A stretch of 64,000 bases of DNA from Ignavibacteria bacterium (GTDB lineage Bacteria; Bacteroidota; Ignavibacteria; SZUA-365), in contig PKTF01000405.1 in assembly GCA_002869275.1 (NCBI GenBank), forward strand, positions 22,808 to 86,807, in the 5' to 3' direction. The notes under the pieces were generated by a model. That model worked only from the letters and a program-made list of their open reading frames with translations, was not told the origin of the DNA and did not search any database. This document shows, one piece after another, positions 19,173 to 30,042 of the stretch. Position 1 is the stretch's first letter, and every line of letters starts with the position of its first letter. Both the position numbers and the translations under genes were made by a program.

Positions 19173-22034
19173 CTACTTCTGTGCCTGATCCAGAGAGCGT
19201 TTGACTTCGACCTGTTCGAATGCTTCGATGACATCACCGACCTTGATGTCGTTGAATCCAACAAGATTCAAACCACACTCAAAGCCGCTGTCGACTTCTC
19301 GGACGTCATCCTTGAAGCGCTTGAGAGAATCGATGTTGCCGGTAAATGCGACGATTCCATCGCGCAGCAGGCGTATCCTGCTGTTGCGATTGATCTTTCC
19401 GTCCTGTACGTAGCAGCCGGCGATGACACCAACTTTCGAGATCTTGAACGTTTCGCGTACAAGAACGGTTGCCGTGATTTTTTCCGAAATCTCGGGACGC
19501 AGCATACCTTCGAGCGCATCCCGCACATCTTCGATGGCGTCGTAAATAATGTCGTACATCCGGATATCCACATCTTCGGACTCAGCAAGTTTGCGAGCGT
19601 TGAGATTAGGACGGACGCGGAAACCGATGATGATGGCATTTGAAGCGCTGGCGAGCAGCACATCCGATTCGGAAATCGCACCGACGTTCTTGTGGATGAC
19701 GGAGATACGCACTTCCTCGTTCGACAGCTTGAGAAGCGAATCTGAAAGTGCCTCGACCGAACCGTCGACGTCGCCCTTGACGACGATGGGAAGGTCCTGC
19801 ACTCCGCCCAGCTTGATCTGTTCGGAGATATCATCCAGCGTCGTGCGGCGTACGCGACGGAAATCGCTTTCACGCTTGATCGCCTGGCGGTTGGTCGCGA
19901 TTTCACGCGCCTTACGCTCGGTTTCGACCACGACGAAGCTGTCACCAGCCTGAGGAGGACCGTTGAAGCCGAGTACCTGCACGGGAGTGGCCGGGGTTGC
20001 TTCGTCAACGCGGTTTCCACGCTCATCGAGCAATGCCCTGACCTTGCCATACTCATTTCCGGCAACGAAGGAATCTCCGACGAGCATGGTTCCCTTCTGC
20101 ACGAGCACGGTCGCAATGATGCCCTTCCCCTTGTCCAGCTCGGATTCGATAACGGCGCCTCTGGCTTCGCGATCGGGATTGGCTTTCAGTTCGAGGATAT
20201 CGGCTTCGAGGACCAGACGATCAAGAAGCTCCTGGACATTCAGGCCTTCCTTGGCCGAGAGCTGGACACAGCCATATTTGCCGCCCCAGTCCTCGACCAG
20301 CAGATTGCGGTCGGCGAGCTGCTGCTTGATGCGATCGGGATTGGCCTCGGGTTTGTCAATCTTGTTGATGGCCACGACGATGGGAACCTTAGCTGCCTGG
20401 GCATGGCTGATGGCCTCGATCGTCTGTGGCATGACACTGTCGTCTGCCGCAACCACGAGCACCACGATATCAGTAACCTGGGCACCGCGGGCACGCATTG
20501 CCGTAAAGGCTTCGTGACCCGGGGTATCGAGGAAGGTGATACGGCGATCATTATCGAGTGTCACGGTGTAGGCACCGATGTGCTGCGTAATGCCACCGCT
20601 TTCTCCTGCCACGACATTCGTCTTGCGAATAAAATCGAGGAGCTTCGTTTTACCATGGTCGACATGCCCCATGATCGTGACGATCGGCGGACGCGGTTCG
20701 AGCGTGTCTTCAGGGTCTCCTTCATCAGCAAGCACATCTACGGTATACTCTTCATGCTGCTGCACGTCGAAACCAAATTCCGCGGCGACGAGTTCGATCG
20801 CTTCCATGTCGAGTCGCTGATTGATCGACGCCATGACACCGAGGCTGATCAGCGCCTGGATGACCTGATTGACGCTGACGCTCATCAACTGGGCAAGTTC
20901 ACTGACAGATGCGTATTCGTAGATCTGCAGTGTCTGCTTTTCGAGCTCATGCTGCTCCATCTCGCGGATCTGTTCTTCTTCGCGACGGGCACGTTTTTTC
21001 TTGCGCATTGCCGCGCGTCCGGTAACGGGACCGAAGTCCGACATCGAAGCGATCGTTTTCTTGATCGCACTGTCCACTTCTGCCTGATCGACCTCACGGC
21101 CCTTACCCTTCTTGCCGCGCTTGAACATCTTCTTCTTGAGTGCTTCCGCATCGATGTTCTCAGCAGGCTGATCACCACCCTTGGTGACTTTCTTCTTTTT
21201 CTTCTTTTTACGACGGGGCTTGCCGTCTTCGCCGGTTTCGGTCTCTTCGCCCTTGCCACCTTTTCCATCGGCGGCCATCGTGGCTTCGAGGTCGATTTTG
21301 CCCTTCACGGTCAGGCCGCGCATCTTGGGAAGACTCGCCTCGATCGAAACATCGACTTCGTCTTTTTTCGTCGGTTTTTTAGCAGCTTTCGCTTCTGCAG
21401 CAGGGGCCGGTTCAACCTCCTTGGTTTCCTCGGGTTCCGCTTCTTCCGCTGCTTTCTCAGCAACGGGTTCGGGTTCTTCTGCCGCAACAGGAACTTCCGC
21501 TTCTTCAACAGCGACTTCCTCGACGACCTCCTTAACCACCTCGGGCTCAGGTTCAACAGCCTCGACGACGGGAGTTTCCTCGGTCTCTTCGACGACCTCC
21601 TCAACTACCTCGGGTTCGGCAACCTCAACCTCTTCAGCGGCAGTGACCTCTTCCTCGACGACAGCTGCATCATCATCGTCTGATGCCGGCTTCTCGTCTT
21701 CAGCGTCCTCTGCGACGACGGGGGTTTCGGAGGGCTGTTCCACAGGGGCAGCGGCCTCTTCCTCCAGCTCGTCTTCCGGGTGATCCTCTCCACGGCGGCG
21801 GCGGTCCTGCTCGTCAAACTCCCTGCGCTTGCGTGCGTGCCGTTCGGCGTCCGTTTTCTCCTTTTTATAATGCTTCTCGATGAGATCGAGCATTTCCTCA
21901 TCAATGATGGACATATGGTTTTTAACCGAATAGCCCTTCTTGTCGAGGAACTCCGTCAGGGTGTCATGGGAGAGATTGAACTCTTTGGCAACCTTATATA
22001 GACGCGTTTTTTTCTTTTTTTCCGTTACAGCCAT
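19173..22034 (-). CDS. infB: Translation initiation factor IF-2
   Basis: GHVDHGKT, GGITQHIGA, DTPGHEAF, NKID; long acidic N-terminal linker. Confidence 0.99.
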   Translation of the reverse strand: MAVTEKKKKTRLYKVAKEFNLSHDTLTEFLDKKGYSVKNHMSIIDEEMLDLIEKHYKKEKTDAERHARKRREFDEQDRRRRGEDHPEDELEEEAAAPVEQPSETPVVAEDAEDEKPASDDDDAAVVEEEVTAAEEVEVAEPEVVEEVVEETEETPVVEAVEPEPEVVKEVVEEVAVEEAEVPVAAEEPEPVAEKAAEEAEPEETKEVEPAPAAEAKAAKKPTKKDEVDVSIEASLPKMRGLTVKGKIDLEATMAADGKGGKGEETETGEDGKPRRKKKKKKKVTKGGDQPAENIDAEALKKKMFKRGKKGKGREVDQAEVDSAIKKTIASMSDFGPVTGRAAMRKKKRARREEEQIREMEQHELEKQTLQIYEYASVSELAQLMSVSVNQVIQALISLGVMASINQRLDMEAIELVAAEFGFDVQQHEEYTVDVLADEGDPEDTLEPRPPIVTIMGHVDHGKTKLLDFIRKTNVVAGESGGITQHIGAYTVTLDNDRRITFLDTPGHEAFTAMRARGAQVTDIVVLVVAADDSVMPQTIEAISHAQAAKVPIVVAINKIDKPEANPDRIKQQLADRNLLVEDWGGKYGCVQLSAKEGLNVQELLDRLVLEADILELKANPDREARGAVIESELDKGKGIIATVLVQKGTMLVGDSFVAGNEYGKVRALLDERGNRVDEATPATPVQVLGFNGPPQAGDSFVVVETERKAREIATNRQAIKRESDFRRVRRTTLDDISEQIKLGGVQDLPIVVKGDVDGSVEALSDSLLKLSNEEVRISVIHKNVGAISESDVLLASASNAIIIGFRVRPNLNARKLAESEDVDIRMYDIIYDAIEDVRDALEGMLRPEISEKITATVLVRETFKISKVGVIAGCYVQDGKINRNSRIRLLRDGIVAFTGNIDSLKRFKDDVREVDSGFECGLNLVGFNDIKVGDVIEAFEQVEVKRSLDQAQK

Positions 22035-22076
22035 GTCGCCAATAATGCGTTAGAATGATTGAAATGAACCCGTGCG

Positions 22077-23345
22077 TTATTCTTCTTCCGCGAACGCCTT
22101 CTTCATTTCGACAACAATATCGTTGATCTGTTCGATGGAGAGACCGGGGACCTTTGAAAGGAGGTCCGAGACCGGTGCGAGGATGACGTCGTTGGCGGTG
22201 CGGTAGCCCGCGGTGACCAACTTTCCTATCAGCTCCTCTCCAAATTCCTCGACAAACTCATTGAGATCGATTTCGTATTCCGCCATCGTCTTCGTGATCT
22301 CTTCGCCTTCCTTGACGATCTCGATCTTGAAGTTGGTCAGTTCCGATGCGAGGCGGATGTTTTGTCCGTTGCGGCCAATTGCCAGGGAAGCCTGATCGGC
22401 GTCCACGTGTACCTGAGCGGTACCGTTTTCGCGATCCAGCTTGACGTCGAGCAGTTTCGCCGGAGCGAGCGCCCGATTGATTAACAGATGCGTGTCTTCT
22501 GTCCAGTTGATGACGTCAATATTCTCGTTGTTGAGCTCACGCACGATCGCATGGATGCGCACGCCCTTCATTCCCACGCATGCACCAACCGCATCGATGC
22601 GGTCGTCATGCGATTCCACGGCCACCTTGGCGCGTTCGCCCGGCTCGCGAGCGATTTTGCGGATGGAAATAACGCCATCATAGATCTCGGGAATTTCCTG
22701 CTCGAACAACTTGCGGAGGAACAGCGCATCAGCGCGAGACACGATGACCATCGGCATGCCGCTTCCCTTGCGCACGACGTCCTTGATCACACAGCGAATC
22801 ACATCACCTTTCCGGTAGCGTTCCTTGCCGATCTGCTCCTGCTTCGGGAGAATCAGTTCTGTACGGTTATGGTTGATCAGAACATCGTTACGACGCACCT
22901 GGTACACGTCGCCGACCACGATGTCGCCAACCTTGTCTGAGTACTCGTCGTGAATGAGATCCTTCTCGATTTCCTTGATTCTCTGATTGAGATTCTGCTT
23001 CGCCGTCGAAACCAGGCGCCTGCCGAACTCCGCGAGATTGATAATCTCGACGTACTCCTCGCCAACATCGAGCTCTTCACCGGATTTGTCACGCGCGGTC
23101 TGAATATCGACTTCCAGCGTGGGGTCCTCGACCTCTTCGACAACTTCCCGGATCAGGAATATTTCAATATCTCCCTTGTCCATGTTCACAACGATTTCGT
23201 AGTTCGCTTCCAGGCCGTACTTCTTTTTGACCATCATGCCGAAGATATCCTCGATAACGGAGATCAGGCGATCGCGGTCGATGCCTTTTTCGCGGACCAT
23301 CTGGCTGAAGGATTCTACGATTTCGGAATTCATGCTGCGGGTCAT
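22077..23345 (-). CDS. nusA: Transcription termination/antitermination factor NusA
   Basis: FGRRLV, AREPGERAKVAV, GACVGMKG, AIGRNGQNIRLASELT (alternative start 23333). Confidence 0.98.
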   Translation of the reverse strand: MTRSMNSEIVESFSQMVREKGIDRDRLISVIEDIFGMMVKKKYGLEANYEIVVNMDKGDIEIFLIREVVEEVEDPTLEVDIQTARDKSGEELDVGEEYVEIINLAEFGRRLVSTAKQNLNQRIKEIEKDLIHDEYSDKVGDIVVGDVYQVRRNDVLINHNRTELILPKQEQIGKERYRKGDVIRCVIKDVVRKGSGMPMVIVSRADALFLRKLFEQEIPEIYDGVISIRKIAREPGERAKVAVESHDDRIDAVGACVGMKGVRIHAIVRELNNENIDVINWTEDTHLLINRALAPAKLLDVKLDRENGTAQVHVDADQASLAIGRNGQNIRLASELTNFKIEIVKEGEEITKTMAEYEIDLNEFVEEFGEELIGKLVTAGYRTANDVILAPVSDLLSKVPGLSIEQINDIVVEMKKAFAEEE

Positions 23346-23402
23346 GACGATGTTCTACCTCCGGCAGGGTGAATGCCCATATATTCTTTCACAGAAAACA
23401 TA

Positions 23403-23846
23403 TTACAGTGTTGCGATTATCATTGCGTGTTCAATGTCATCGAACGGAATGGCACGCATGCCCTCACCGTCCTTGACAACAATCTGCTCTTCCGTAACCT
23501 CTTGCACGGTACCTTCAAGCTTGACAATCCCTTCGCTGTCGCGATAGGAGAGCTGGATGCTCCGACCCGTATGCCGCTGATACTGCCAGGGGAAGCGGAG
23601 CGGGCGCTCGAGTCCGGGTGACGATACGACGAGGGTATACGAACCGTTGATCAAGTCGCGTTCCTCGATCTCGTTACCAAGTGAACGGCTCAATGTTGCC
23701 AGTTCGTCGGCGGAGATCCCTTTCGCCGTATCGACGAAGACTTCGAGATGCAGTTTCCTGCCCTGCGTGCGGGTTTCGAGCTCTATCAGATGCGCTCCGG
23801 CAGAGGCCACAAGCGCTTCAATTTCCGTTTTCAGTCGTTCGGTCAT
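23403..23846 (-). CDS. rimP: Ribosome maturation factor RimP
   Basis: YTLVVSSPGLERPL motif; first gene of the nusA-infB operon. Confidence 0.95.
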   Translation of the reverse strand: MTERLKTEIEALVASAGAHLIELETRTQGRKLHLEVFVDTAKGISADELATLSRSLGNEIEERDLINGSYTLVVSSPGLERPLRFPWQYQRHTGRSIQLSYRDSEGIVKLEGTVQEVTEEQIVVKDGEGMRAIPFDDIEHAMIIATL

Positions 23847-23863
23847 CCAGTTGAGGTACCTAT

Positions 23864-23891
23864 AATAAAAAATGCGGGGTAGCCCCACATT
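23864..23891 (-). terminator. rimP leader attenuator hairpin
   Basis: AAUGUGGGG-cua-CCCCGCAUU followed by UUUUAUU, between the promoter and the rimP start. Confidence 0.75.
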
Positions 23892-23902
23892 CAGAACACA
23901 TA

Positions 23903-23931
23903 AATATAGACGAAATCGTTCTCACTTGCAA
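23903..23931 (-). promoter_or_regulatory. Putative sigma70 promoter of the rimP operon
   Basis: Minus strand TTGCAA-17 nt-TATATT. Confidence 0.7.
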
Positions 23932-23996
23932 TTATCAACGGGTGTTTTTTCATTAATTCTCTTATTTTGAGCACGATGATCTCGTGGATTACTCGA

Positions 23997-24452
23997 ATGG
24001 CCAACAACCCTGAACATATCACCGTCATCCTCACGAACCGGCGCGCCCGGCACGAATATCATGTGCTCGAACGCATCGAGGTGGGGGTCGTCCTGCGCGG
24101 CACCGAAGTCAAATCCATCCGCGGCGGGAAAATCAGTTTACAGGACGCCTACGCCACGGTGGAGAACAACGAACTCTTCCTGTTCAACATGCACATCAGT
24201 CCGTTCGACAAAGGCAATATCCATAACCACGATCCGCTTCGAATACGGAAACTGCTCGCAAGAAAAAAGGAAATCAGCAAACTGGCCCAGAAAATCAACG
24301 AAAAGGGCCTCACCCTGATTCCGCTGCAGGTGTATTTCTCCGGACGCCACCTGAAGATTGAACTCGGCGTGTGCAAAGGAAAAAAGACGTACGACAAGCG
24401 CCAGGCACTCAAGCAACGTGATATCAAACGAGAAATGGAACGACAATTTTGA
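23997..24452 (+). CDS. smpB: SsrA-binding protein SmpB
   Basis: [31 protein letters not shown]. Confidence 0.98.
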   Translation: MANNPEHITVILTNRRARHEYHVLERIEVGVVLRGTEVKSIRGGKISLQDAYATVENNELFLFNMHISPFDKGNIHNHDPLRIRKLLARKKEISKLAQKINEKGLTLIPLQVYFSGRHLKIELGVCKGKKTYDKRQALKQRDIKREMERQF

Positions 24453-25678
24453 GCACAACACCCTTCCCCCCCCTCAATGAGCAGATGGACCTCATCCGCC
24501 GCGGCACATCCGAAATATTACCAGAGGATGAGCTCGTCAAAAAGATCGAAGACTCCATCGCGAACAACAGGCCGCTCCGGGTGAAACTGGGCTGCGACCC
24601 CAGTCGTCCCGATCTGCATCTGGGCCACTCGGTTGTGCTGCGCAAACTGCGCCAGTTCCAGGATCTCGGCCATACGGCCATTCTTATCGTCGGTGATTTC
24701 ACCGGCATGATCGGGGATCCGACCGGGAAGAATAAAACCCGACCGTCTCTCACTCTCGATGAGACCCGGAAGAACGGTCAGTCGTACTTTGAGCAGGCCT
24801 CGCAAATTCTCGATATCGAACGTGTGGAGATCCGTTATAATTCTGACTGGCTGGCGCCGATGACGTTCGAGGACGTGATCAAGCTCTCCGCCCGCTATAC
24901 CGTGGCACGCATGCTCGAGCGTGATGAGTTCGAGAAACGCTATCGGAATCAGGAACCGATCAGCGTGCATGAGTTCCTCTATCCCCTCGCTCAGGCCATG
25001 GATTCCGTCGCGATCACGTCTGACATCGAGCTGGGCGGTACCGATCAGAAATTCAACCTGCTCGTCGGGCGGGAGATCCAGCGTGAATACGGACAGGTGC
25101 CTCAGGTCATCCTTACCATGCCATTGCTCGAGGGTACGGACGGCGTGGAAAAAATGAGCAAGTCGCTCGATAACTATATCGCCTTCAACGATACGCCGGA
25201 GAACATGTACGGAAAGACCCTGTCGATTCCGGATCATCTCATCCTCCCGTATTTCAGACTCGTCACAGATGTTCCTGAAGATCGGGTCGCAACTATCGAG
25301 GCGGGAATGGCCGGCGGTGACAATCCGCGTGATTTCAAACGTGAGCTCGCGCGCACAGTCGTTGCCTCGTATTACGATGCCGAAGCGGCATCGCAGGCAG
25401 AGGCGCACTTCGATCGTGTCATCAAGAATAAGCTGGCACCCGAGGATATCGACGAATTTCTCCTCCCTCCTGGCAGCGATAAGAATCTCCTCGATGTGAT
25501 TTTCGAAGCGGGACTTGTGAAATCCAAAGGAGAAGGCCGGCGTCTCATGCAGCAGTCCGCCGTCAGCGTCAATGATGAGCGCGTCACCGATCCCACGGCC
25601 GCCGTTCCTGACGGTGAGGAAATCGTCGTCAAGGTGGGCAAGCGCCGTTTCGTGAAAATCATTCGCAGCGCTTCCTGA
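24449..25678 (+). CDS. tyrS: Tyrosine--tRNA ligase
   Basis: HLGH and KMSKS motifs, GGTDQKFN, C-terminal S4 domain; TTG start overlaps the smpB stop. Confidence 0.98.
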   Translation: MSTTPFPPLNEQMDLIRRGTSEILPEDELVKKIEDSIANNRPLRVKLGCDPSRPDLHLGHSVVLRKLRQFQDLGHTAILIVGDFTGMIGDPTGKNKTRPSLTLDETRKNGQSYFEQASQILDIERVEIRYNSDWLAPMTFEDVIKLSARYTVARMLERDEFEKRYRNQEPISVHEFLYPLAQAMDSVAITSDIELGGTDQKFNLLVGREIQREYGQVPQVILTMPLLEGTDGVEKMSKSLDNYIAFNDTPENMYGKTLSIPDHLILPYFRLVTDVPEDRVATIEAGMAGGDNPRDFKRELARTVVASYYDAEAASQAEAHFDRVIKNKLAPEDIDEFLLPPGSDKNLLDVIFEAGLVKSKGEGRRLMQQSAVSVNDERVTDPTAAVPDGEEIVVKVGKRRFVKIIRSAS

Positions 25679-25725
25679 ACAACCATGTTACGTTATTACA
25701 CTTTTTCTATTTGGAGGATGCAGTC

Positions 25726-26271
25726 TTGTTCGTACCCAAACGGATCTTCTTTACCAAGGGCGTAGGCCGCCACAGGGACTACCTGCAGTCGTTCGAACTT
25801 GCGCTGCGGGATGCCGATCTCGAACAGCAGAATCTTGTAACGGTTTCCAGCATCTACCCCCCCAACTGCAAAAGAATCTCAAAAAAGTTGGGCACGGAAA
25901 TACTGCAGCCAGGCCAAATCGCATTCGTCGTCATGGCGCGTAATGCCACGAATGAGGCCAACCGCCTCATCGCTTCGTCCATCGGCGTGGCCATTCCCGG
26001 TGACGGCTCGACCTATGGCTACCTGTCCGAACACCACCCTTTCGGTGAAACGCAGCGCGTCGCAGGCGATTATGCCGAAGACCTCGCCGCAACAATGCTC
26101 GCCACGACTCTTGGCGTGGAATTTAATCCTGACACGGCGTGGGATGAGCGCGAGCAGGTCTTCAAGGCCAGCGGAAAGATTTTTAAAACGTTTAATGTCA
26201 CGCAGTCCGCCGAAGGAAAGCTGAACATGTGGACGACAGTGATTTCCTGCGCGGTCCTTCTCCCTGATTGA
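25726..26271 (+). CDS. pdaD: Pyruvoyl-dependent arginine decarboxylase
   Basis: SFELALRDA...[11 protein letters not shown] self-cleavage site, YGYLSEH; GGAGG RBS 8 nt before TTG 25726. Confidence 0.92.
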   Translation: MFVPKRIFFTKGVGRHRDYLQSFELALRDADLEQQNLVTVSSIYPPNCKRISKKLGTEILQPGQIAFVVMARNATNEANRLIASSIGVAIPGDGSTYGYLSEHHPFGETQRVAGDYAEDLAATMLATTLGVEFNPDTAWDEREQVFKASGKIFKTFNVTQSAEGKLNMWTTVISCAVLLPD

Positions 26272-26310
26272 CGCGCATCACTCCTCCCTTCTCCTCCCTT
26301 TTGTGTGCCG

Positions 26311-26766
26311 TCAGCTCTCGATAAAGCTGACGGCCTCACCCTCATAACGCAGAATCATCGCCCGCAGATGTTCCGGGACCCGATCCGGCTGATCAGTTTT
26401 CTCGTTGACATGCACGAAGACATGCTCGCCTTTCGCCGCTGGTGTACCGTCTGCTTTCAGGCACCAGTGCTCGAACCCGATGCTCGAATTCTTCACAAAG
26501 GATATGCGCGTCAACACCGTGAGTTCCTCGTCGAAGATCGCAGGCATGAAATAATCGCAGGCATTACGGACCACGAAAAACTTATCGTGTGAGACAAACG
26601 ATTCCTGGTCGATCGGCATGCCCATGGCACGCAGGTATTCCACCCGCGCTTCCTCGAAGTACAACAGGTACCGGAGATTGTGCACGACATTCTGCCTGTC
26701 TACGTGTTCGTAACGCACGCGTATGGGGTAGCGATGTCGAAACTGCTCTGCAGGAACGGTGATCAT
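26311..26766 (-). CDS. Acyl-CoA thioesterase (YbgC/4HBT family)
   Basis: VRYEHVDRQNVVHNLRYLLYFEEAR hotdog-fold motif. Confidence 0.9.
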   Translation of the reverse strand: MITVPAEQFRHRYPIRVRYEHVDRQNVVHNLRYLLYFEEARVEYLRAMGMPIDQESFVSHDKFFVVRNACDYFMPAIFDEELTVLTRISFVKNSSIGFEHWCLKADGTPAAKGEHVFVHVNEKTDQPDRVPEHLRAMILRYEGEAVSFIES

Positions 26767-27794
26767 AGTGACCTGAAACATGTGTGAATGATGTCGATTG
26801 CCCGTGTGATGTCATCATCTGACAGGTCGAGATGTGTGACGGCACGCAGGGTGTTTCCCATCCCCATCCCGATGCTGATGCCCGCCTCAGCGAGTATGGA
26901 CTGCGCATGCTGCGCCGTCATTTCAGACGCAGCGAAATCCAGAAGTACCATGTTGGACTGCACGCGTTCCGTATCGATACTGAATTGTTCTATCGACTTG
27001 AGCTCACTCGCGAGCTGCTGCGCTCTCGCGTGATCCTCGGCGAGCAACGGAAGGTGCTGCGCTACGGCATACTGTGCGGCCGCCGCCAGCATGCCCACCT
27101 GGCGCATCCCTCCTCCAAATACTTTGCGGTACTTATGGGCTTTCGTGATCAGCTCTCGTGAACCGAGAAGCATGGAACCGACCGGAGCGCCGAGTCCTTT
27201 CGAAAAACAGATGGAGATCGAATCGACCGCATCTCCGAATTCTCTGAGAGACGTTGTGCTTGCGACATGTGCGTTCCAGATGCGGGCTCCGTCGAGATGC
27301 AGCGGCAAGGATTTCCCGTGACAGAATTGATGAAGCTCCCTGATGCAGTCGATCGGATACAGCGTTCCGCCAAAACGGTTGTGCGTGTTCTCGATGCAGA
27401 CCAGTGATGTCCGGGGATAATAATATTCCGGCGGACGAATGGCCGCCTCGATATCATCGAGGCGAAACACCCCGAGTTCGCTTTCGACCGTATGCAGCTG
27501 TACGGCGGACATCATCGAAGGCGCGGCGGTCTCATAGTTGAATATGTGCGATTCCCGTTCCACGATGACTTCATCGCCGGGTGCGGTCCACGCTTTTATC
27601 GCGAGCTGATTGCTCATCACGCCGGTGGGAACAAACAGTCCGGCCTCCATACCGAAGAGATCGCACATCTCTTCTTGAAAGGCGTTCGTCGTCGGGTCTT
27701 CCCCATAAATGTCATCACCCAGCGGTGCCGCGCACATTGCGGCTTTCATCTGTTCGGTGGGTTGTGTGACAGTATCACTGCGTAAGTCGATCAT
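26763..27794 (-). CDS. ltaE: Low-specificity L-threonine aldolase
   Basis: IDLRSDTVT, ENTHN, HLDGARIWNA, CFSKGLGAPVGS, GGGMRQ. Confidence 0.96.
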   Translation of the reverse strand: MIDLRSDTVTQPTEQMKAAMCAAPLGDDIYGEDPTTNAFQEEMCDLFGMEAGLFVPTGVMSNQLAIKAWTAPGDEVIVERESHIFNYETAAPSMMSAVQLHTVESELGVFRLDDIEAAIRPPEYYYPRTSLVCIENTHNRFGGTLYPIDCIRELHQFCHGKSLPLHLDGARIWNAHVASTTSLREFGDAVDSISICFSKGLGAPVGSMLLGSRELITKAHKYRKVFGGGMRQVGMLAAAAQYAVAQHLPLLAEDHARAQQLASELKSIEQFSIDTERVQSNMVLLDFAASEMTAQHAQSILAEAGISIGMGMGNTLRAVTHLDLSDDDITRAIDIIHTCFRSL

Positions 27795-27799
27795 TGAGG

Positions 27800-29461
27800 T
27801 CATTTCCTGTAATACCACGAGATAAGTGAGAACAGCAGAATGAAGCCGCTCACGACACCGGCTCCGAGTGGAAACCAGTCGCCATGACGGGTGTAGAACG
27901 TCTTTTCAGAAATCAGCGGCAAGTCAGCGATGATTCCGGTACGCGTATAGAGATCCGTCCGTTTCGAGACCCTCCCGTAGGGATCGATGAAACAGCTGAT
28001 CCCATTGTTGGCGCAGCGTGCCACGGCCCGGCGGTTCTCAACGGCACGCAACACCGTGTACTGCATGAGCTGATACGGACCGGAAGAATTTCCAAACCAC
28101 CCGTCATTGGTGATGACGGCGAACACATCCGCACCTCGCTCAGCGAATCCGGCCACGAATGACGGGTATAATGTTTCGTAACAGATCATGGCCCAGATAT
28201 CCGTCGATGCGCGCACACTGCCGAGAGAAAAAACAGTAGTGTCATTACCCACCCCCCAGTTGCTGATGCCGACTCCCCAGTTCAAGGCATCCTGCATGAA
28301 CGGCAGCGCGTCGAGATATGGGATGCGCTCGCTCAGCGGTGTCAGCTTTGACTTGTGGTAAATCTGCGGGATGCGCTCACCGGGCAGTATGAGCATTGCG
28401 GAATTAAAATCATGGTACCGCAGTCGCGAGTCACGAATGCGACGGGCGCTCGATGGCGCGGTCTCAGGATCATCGTAGAAGACCGTGTGAGGAAATCCGG
28501 CCAGCAAAGGCACACCAACGCTGTCCACATGTGTCCGCAGCCACGTCCATTCATCAGCATAACTGTGCTGCAGGATGCGAAATGGGATCGCAGTCTCGGG
28601 AAGGAGTACCAGATCGGGTTTTCGAACCGCGAGACTATCATACACAGCGATCAGCTGATGCAGCTTCTGCAGCGGTGTGTCACCCTCGGCCCATTTTTGA
28701 TACGGGTTGACATTGGGCTGGATGATACCGATGCGAACTTCTCCATTCTCTGGAAGTTCCTCGTGCATGACTATTGCCGAGTGCAGTTTCGGGAGCAAGA
28801 GAAGTGCGAGTATGCATGCAGCAGTGATCCAGGCCGCCGGCATGCGTAGGTTCCACCTCGCCGCCAGCAGCTGCCGGGTCATGAGGAAAAGGAGTGCGTT
28901 GATCAAGGCGATCCAGAATGTCAATCCGAACGCACCGGTCCACGCGATAAACTGGATATTTTCGAGGTCGTATGTCTGCGTGTTGGCCAGGACTAGCCAG
29001 GGGAATGAAAGTTCCTGCAGCTGAACCAGCCATTCCCAGGTCGTCCAGAGAAACGGAAACGATGCCGTCGCGGCTATGGGACCCAGACGCTTTCTGACGA
29101 CATAGTGCAGCAGCATCGGCAATATGAAGAACACCGGGTGGACGAGGTTGACCGCGACACCTGCCGCTTTCAGCCATGGATCCTCACCCCACCATCCGCT
29201 GATCCACCATATCGTGCCGCCGTTTCCAATGAGAAAGGTCAGGTAGGACCAGCGGAACACAGCCGCGGCCGAAGGCATGCGCTCCATCAGAAACAATAGC
29301 GGGAGCAATGCGACGAACGCCGTGAGCCCGCCCGGAATGGGTGGAAACGCGAAGGCAAACAACAGGCCCGATGCAATCGCGAGCGAAAGTCGTAATCGTC
29401 GTTCGCGCGCGGGTGAGTCTGCAGTCAGCAGCGTGGATGGCCGGACAATCCTCTCTGTCAT
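27800..29461 (-). CDS. lnt: Apolipoprotein N-acyltransferase
   Basis: N-terminal transmembrane segments, QPN, PETA (Glu), K of YHKSKLTP, ICYE (Cys), TNDGWF, RAVEN. Confidence 0.95.
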   Translation of the reverse strand: MTERIVRPSTLLTADSPARERRLRLSLAIASGLLFAFAFPPIPGGLTAFVALLPLLFLMERMPSAAAVFRWSYLTFLIGNGGTIWWISGWWGEDPWLKAAGVAVNLVHPVFFILPMLLHYVVRKRLGPIAATASFPFLWTTWEWLVQLQELSFPWLVLANTQTYDLENIQFIAWTGAFGLTFWIALINALLFLMTRQLLAARWNLRMPAAWITAACILALLLLPKLHSAIVMHEELPENGEVRIGIIQPNVNPYQKWAEGDTPLQKLHQLIAVYDSLAVRKPDLVLLPETAIPFRILQHSYADEWTWLRTHVDSVGVPLLAGFPHTVFYDDPETAPSSARRIRDSRLRYHDFNSAMLILPGERIPQIYHKSKLTPLSERIPYLDALPFMQDALNWGVGISNWGVGNDTTVFSLGSVRASTDIWAMICYETLYPSFVAGFAERGADVFAVITNDGWFGNSSGPYQLMQYTVLRAVENRRAVARCANNGISCFIDPYGRVSKRTDLYTRTGIIADLPLISEKTFYTRHGDWFPLGAGVVSGFILLFSLISWYYRK

Positions 29462-30042
29462 GTTCTCTCGTCGCTCGCTTTCCTTGATTCGCGAAGAATC
29501 AGAAATTGTTTGTTTCCGAATTCGTAAAGATAGATGATCGCCAGTGCGATCGCGGATCCCAGGACCGCTCCACCGACGATATCAGAGGGATAGTGCACTC
29601 CGACATACACACGCGAAAACGCCACGAGTCCCGCCCATATCAGCAGGTAGGTGCGTGCTTTCGGATAGAAGTGCGCGATCAGCACAGCCATGGCGAAGTT
29701 ATTCGTCGCATGCGAGGAGGTAAATGATTTTCCGCCGCCACAACCGATGAGCAGTCGTACGCCTTCGAGCACGTGACAGGGTCGCATTCTTCCGACCATG
29801 GGCTTGATGACAAAGCTGCTGACCTGATCGGCGACGGTGATGGTCAGGATTAACAGCAGGACAGTCGTGATCCCGCGTTTACGGCCGAACACCATGAGGC
29901 CGATCAGGAGGACGGCATATGGGATGTAAAAATTCTTTATCTCGGTGATAAAGGGAAAAAACCAGTCGCCGACGGGGTTGGCGATAGCGTCATTTCCAAA
30001 ACGGAACAACGCGACATCAATTCCGTAGAGCCATTCTATCAT
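29458..30042 (-). CDS. PAP2-family phosphatase
   Basis: KPMVGRMRP, SFTSSH, SRVYVGVHYPSD. Confidence 0.94.
   Translation of the reverse strand: MIEWLYGIDVALFRFGNDAIANPVGDWFFPFITEIKNFYIPYAVLLIGLMVFGRKRGITTVLLLILTITVADQVSSFVIKPMVGRMRPCHVLEGVRLLIGCGGGKSFTSSHATNNFAMAVLIAHFYPKARTYLLIWAGLVAFSRVYVGVHYPSDIVGGAVLGSAIALAIIYLYEFGNKQFLILRESRKASDERT

Noticed and set aside
20403-21783. Long antisense ORFs and apparent repeats in infB
   Set aside because: Mirror of the low-complexity Glu/Val/Ala/Pro linker of IF-2; no exact DNA repeat unit or spacers, so not a CRISPR array or VNTR
23932-24452. tmRNA (ssrA) next to smpB, or a T-box before tyrS
   Set aside because: No room: tyrS overlaps the smpB stop, and no tRNA-like ends were seen
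25726-26271. Pyruvoyl arginine decarboxylase behind tyrS as a novel translation-linked system
   Set aside because: Known family with an intact cleavage motif; adjacency alone gives no support
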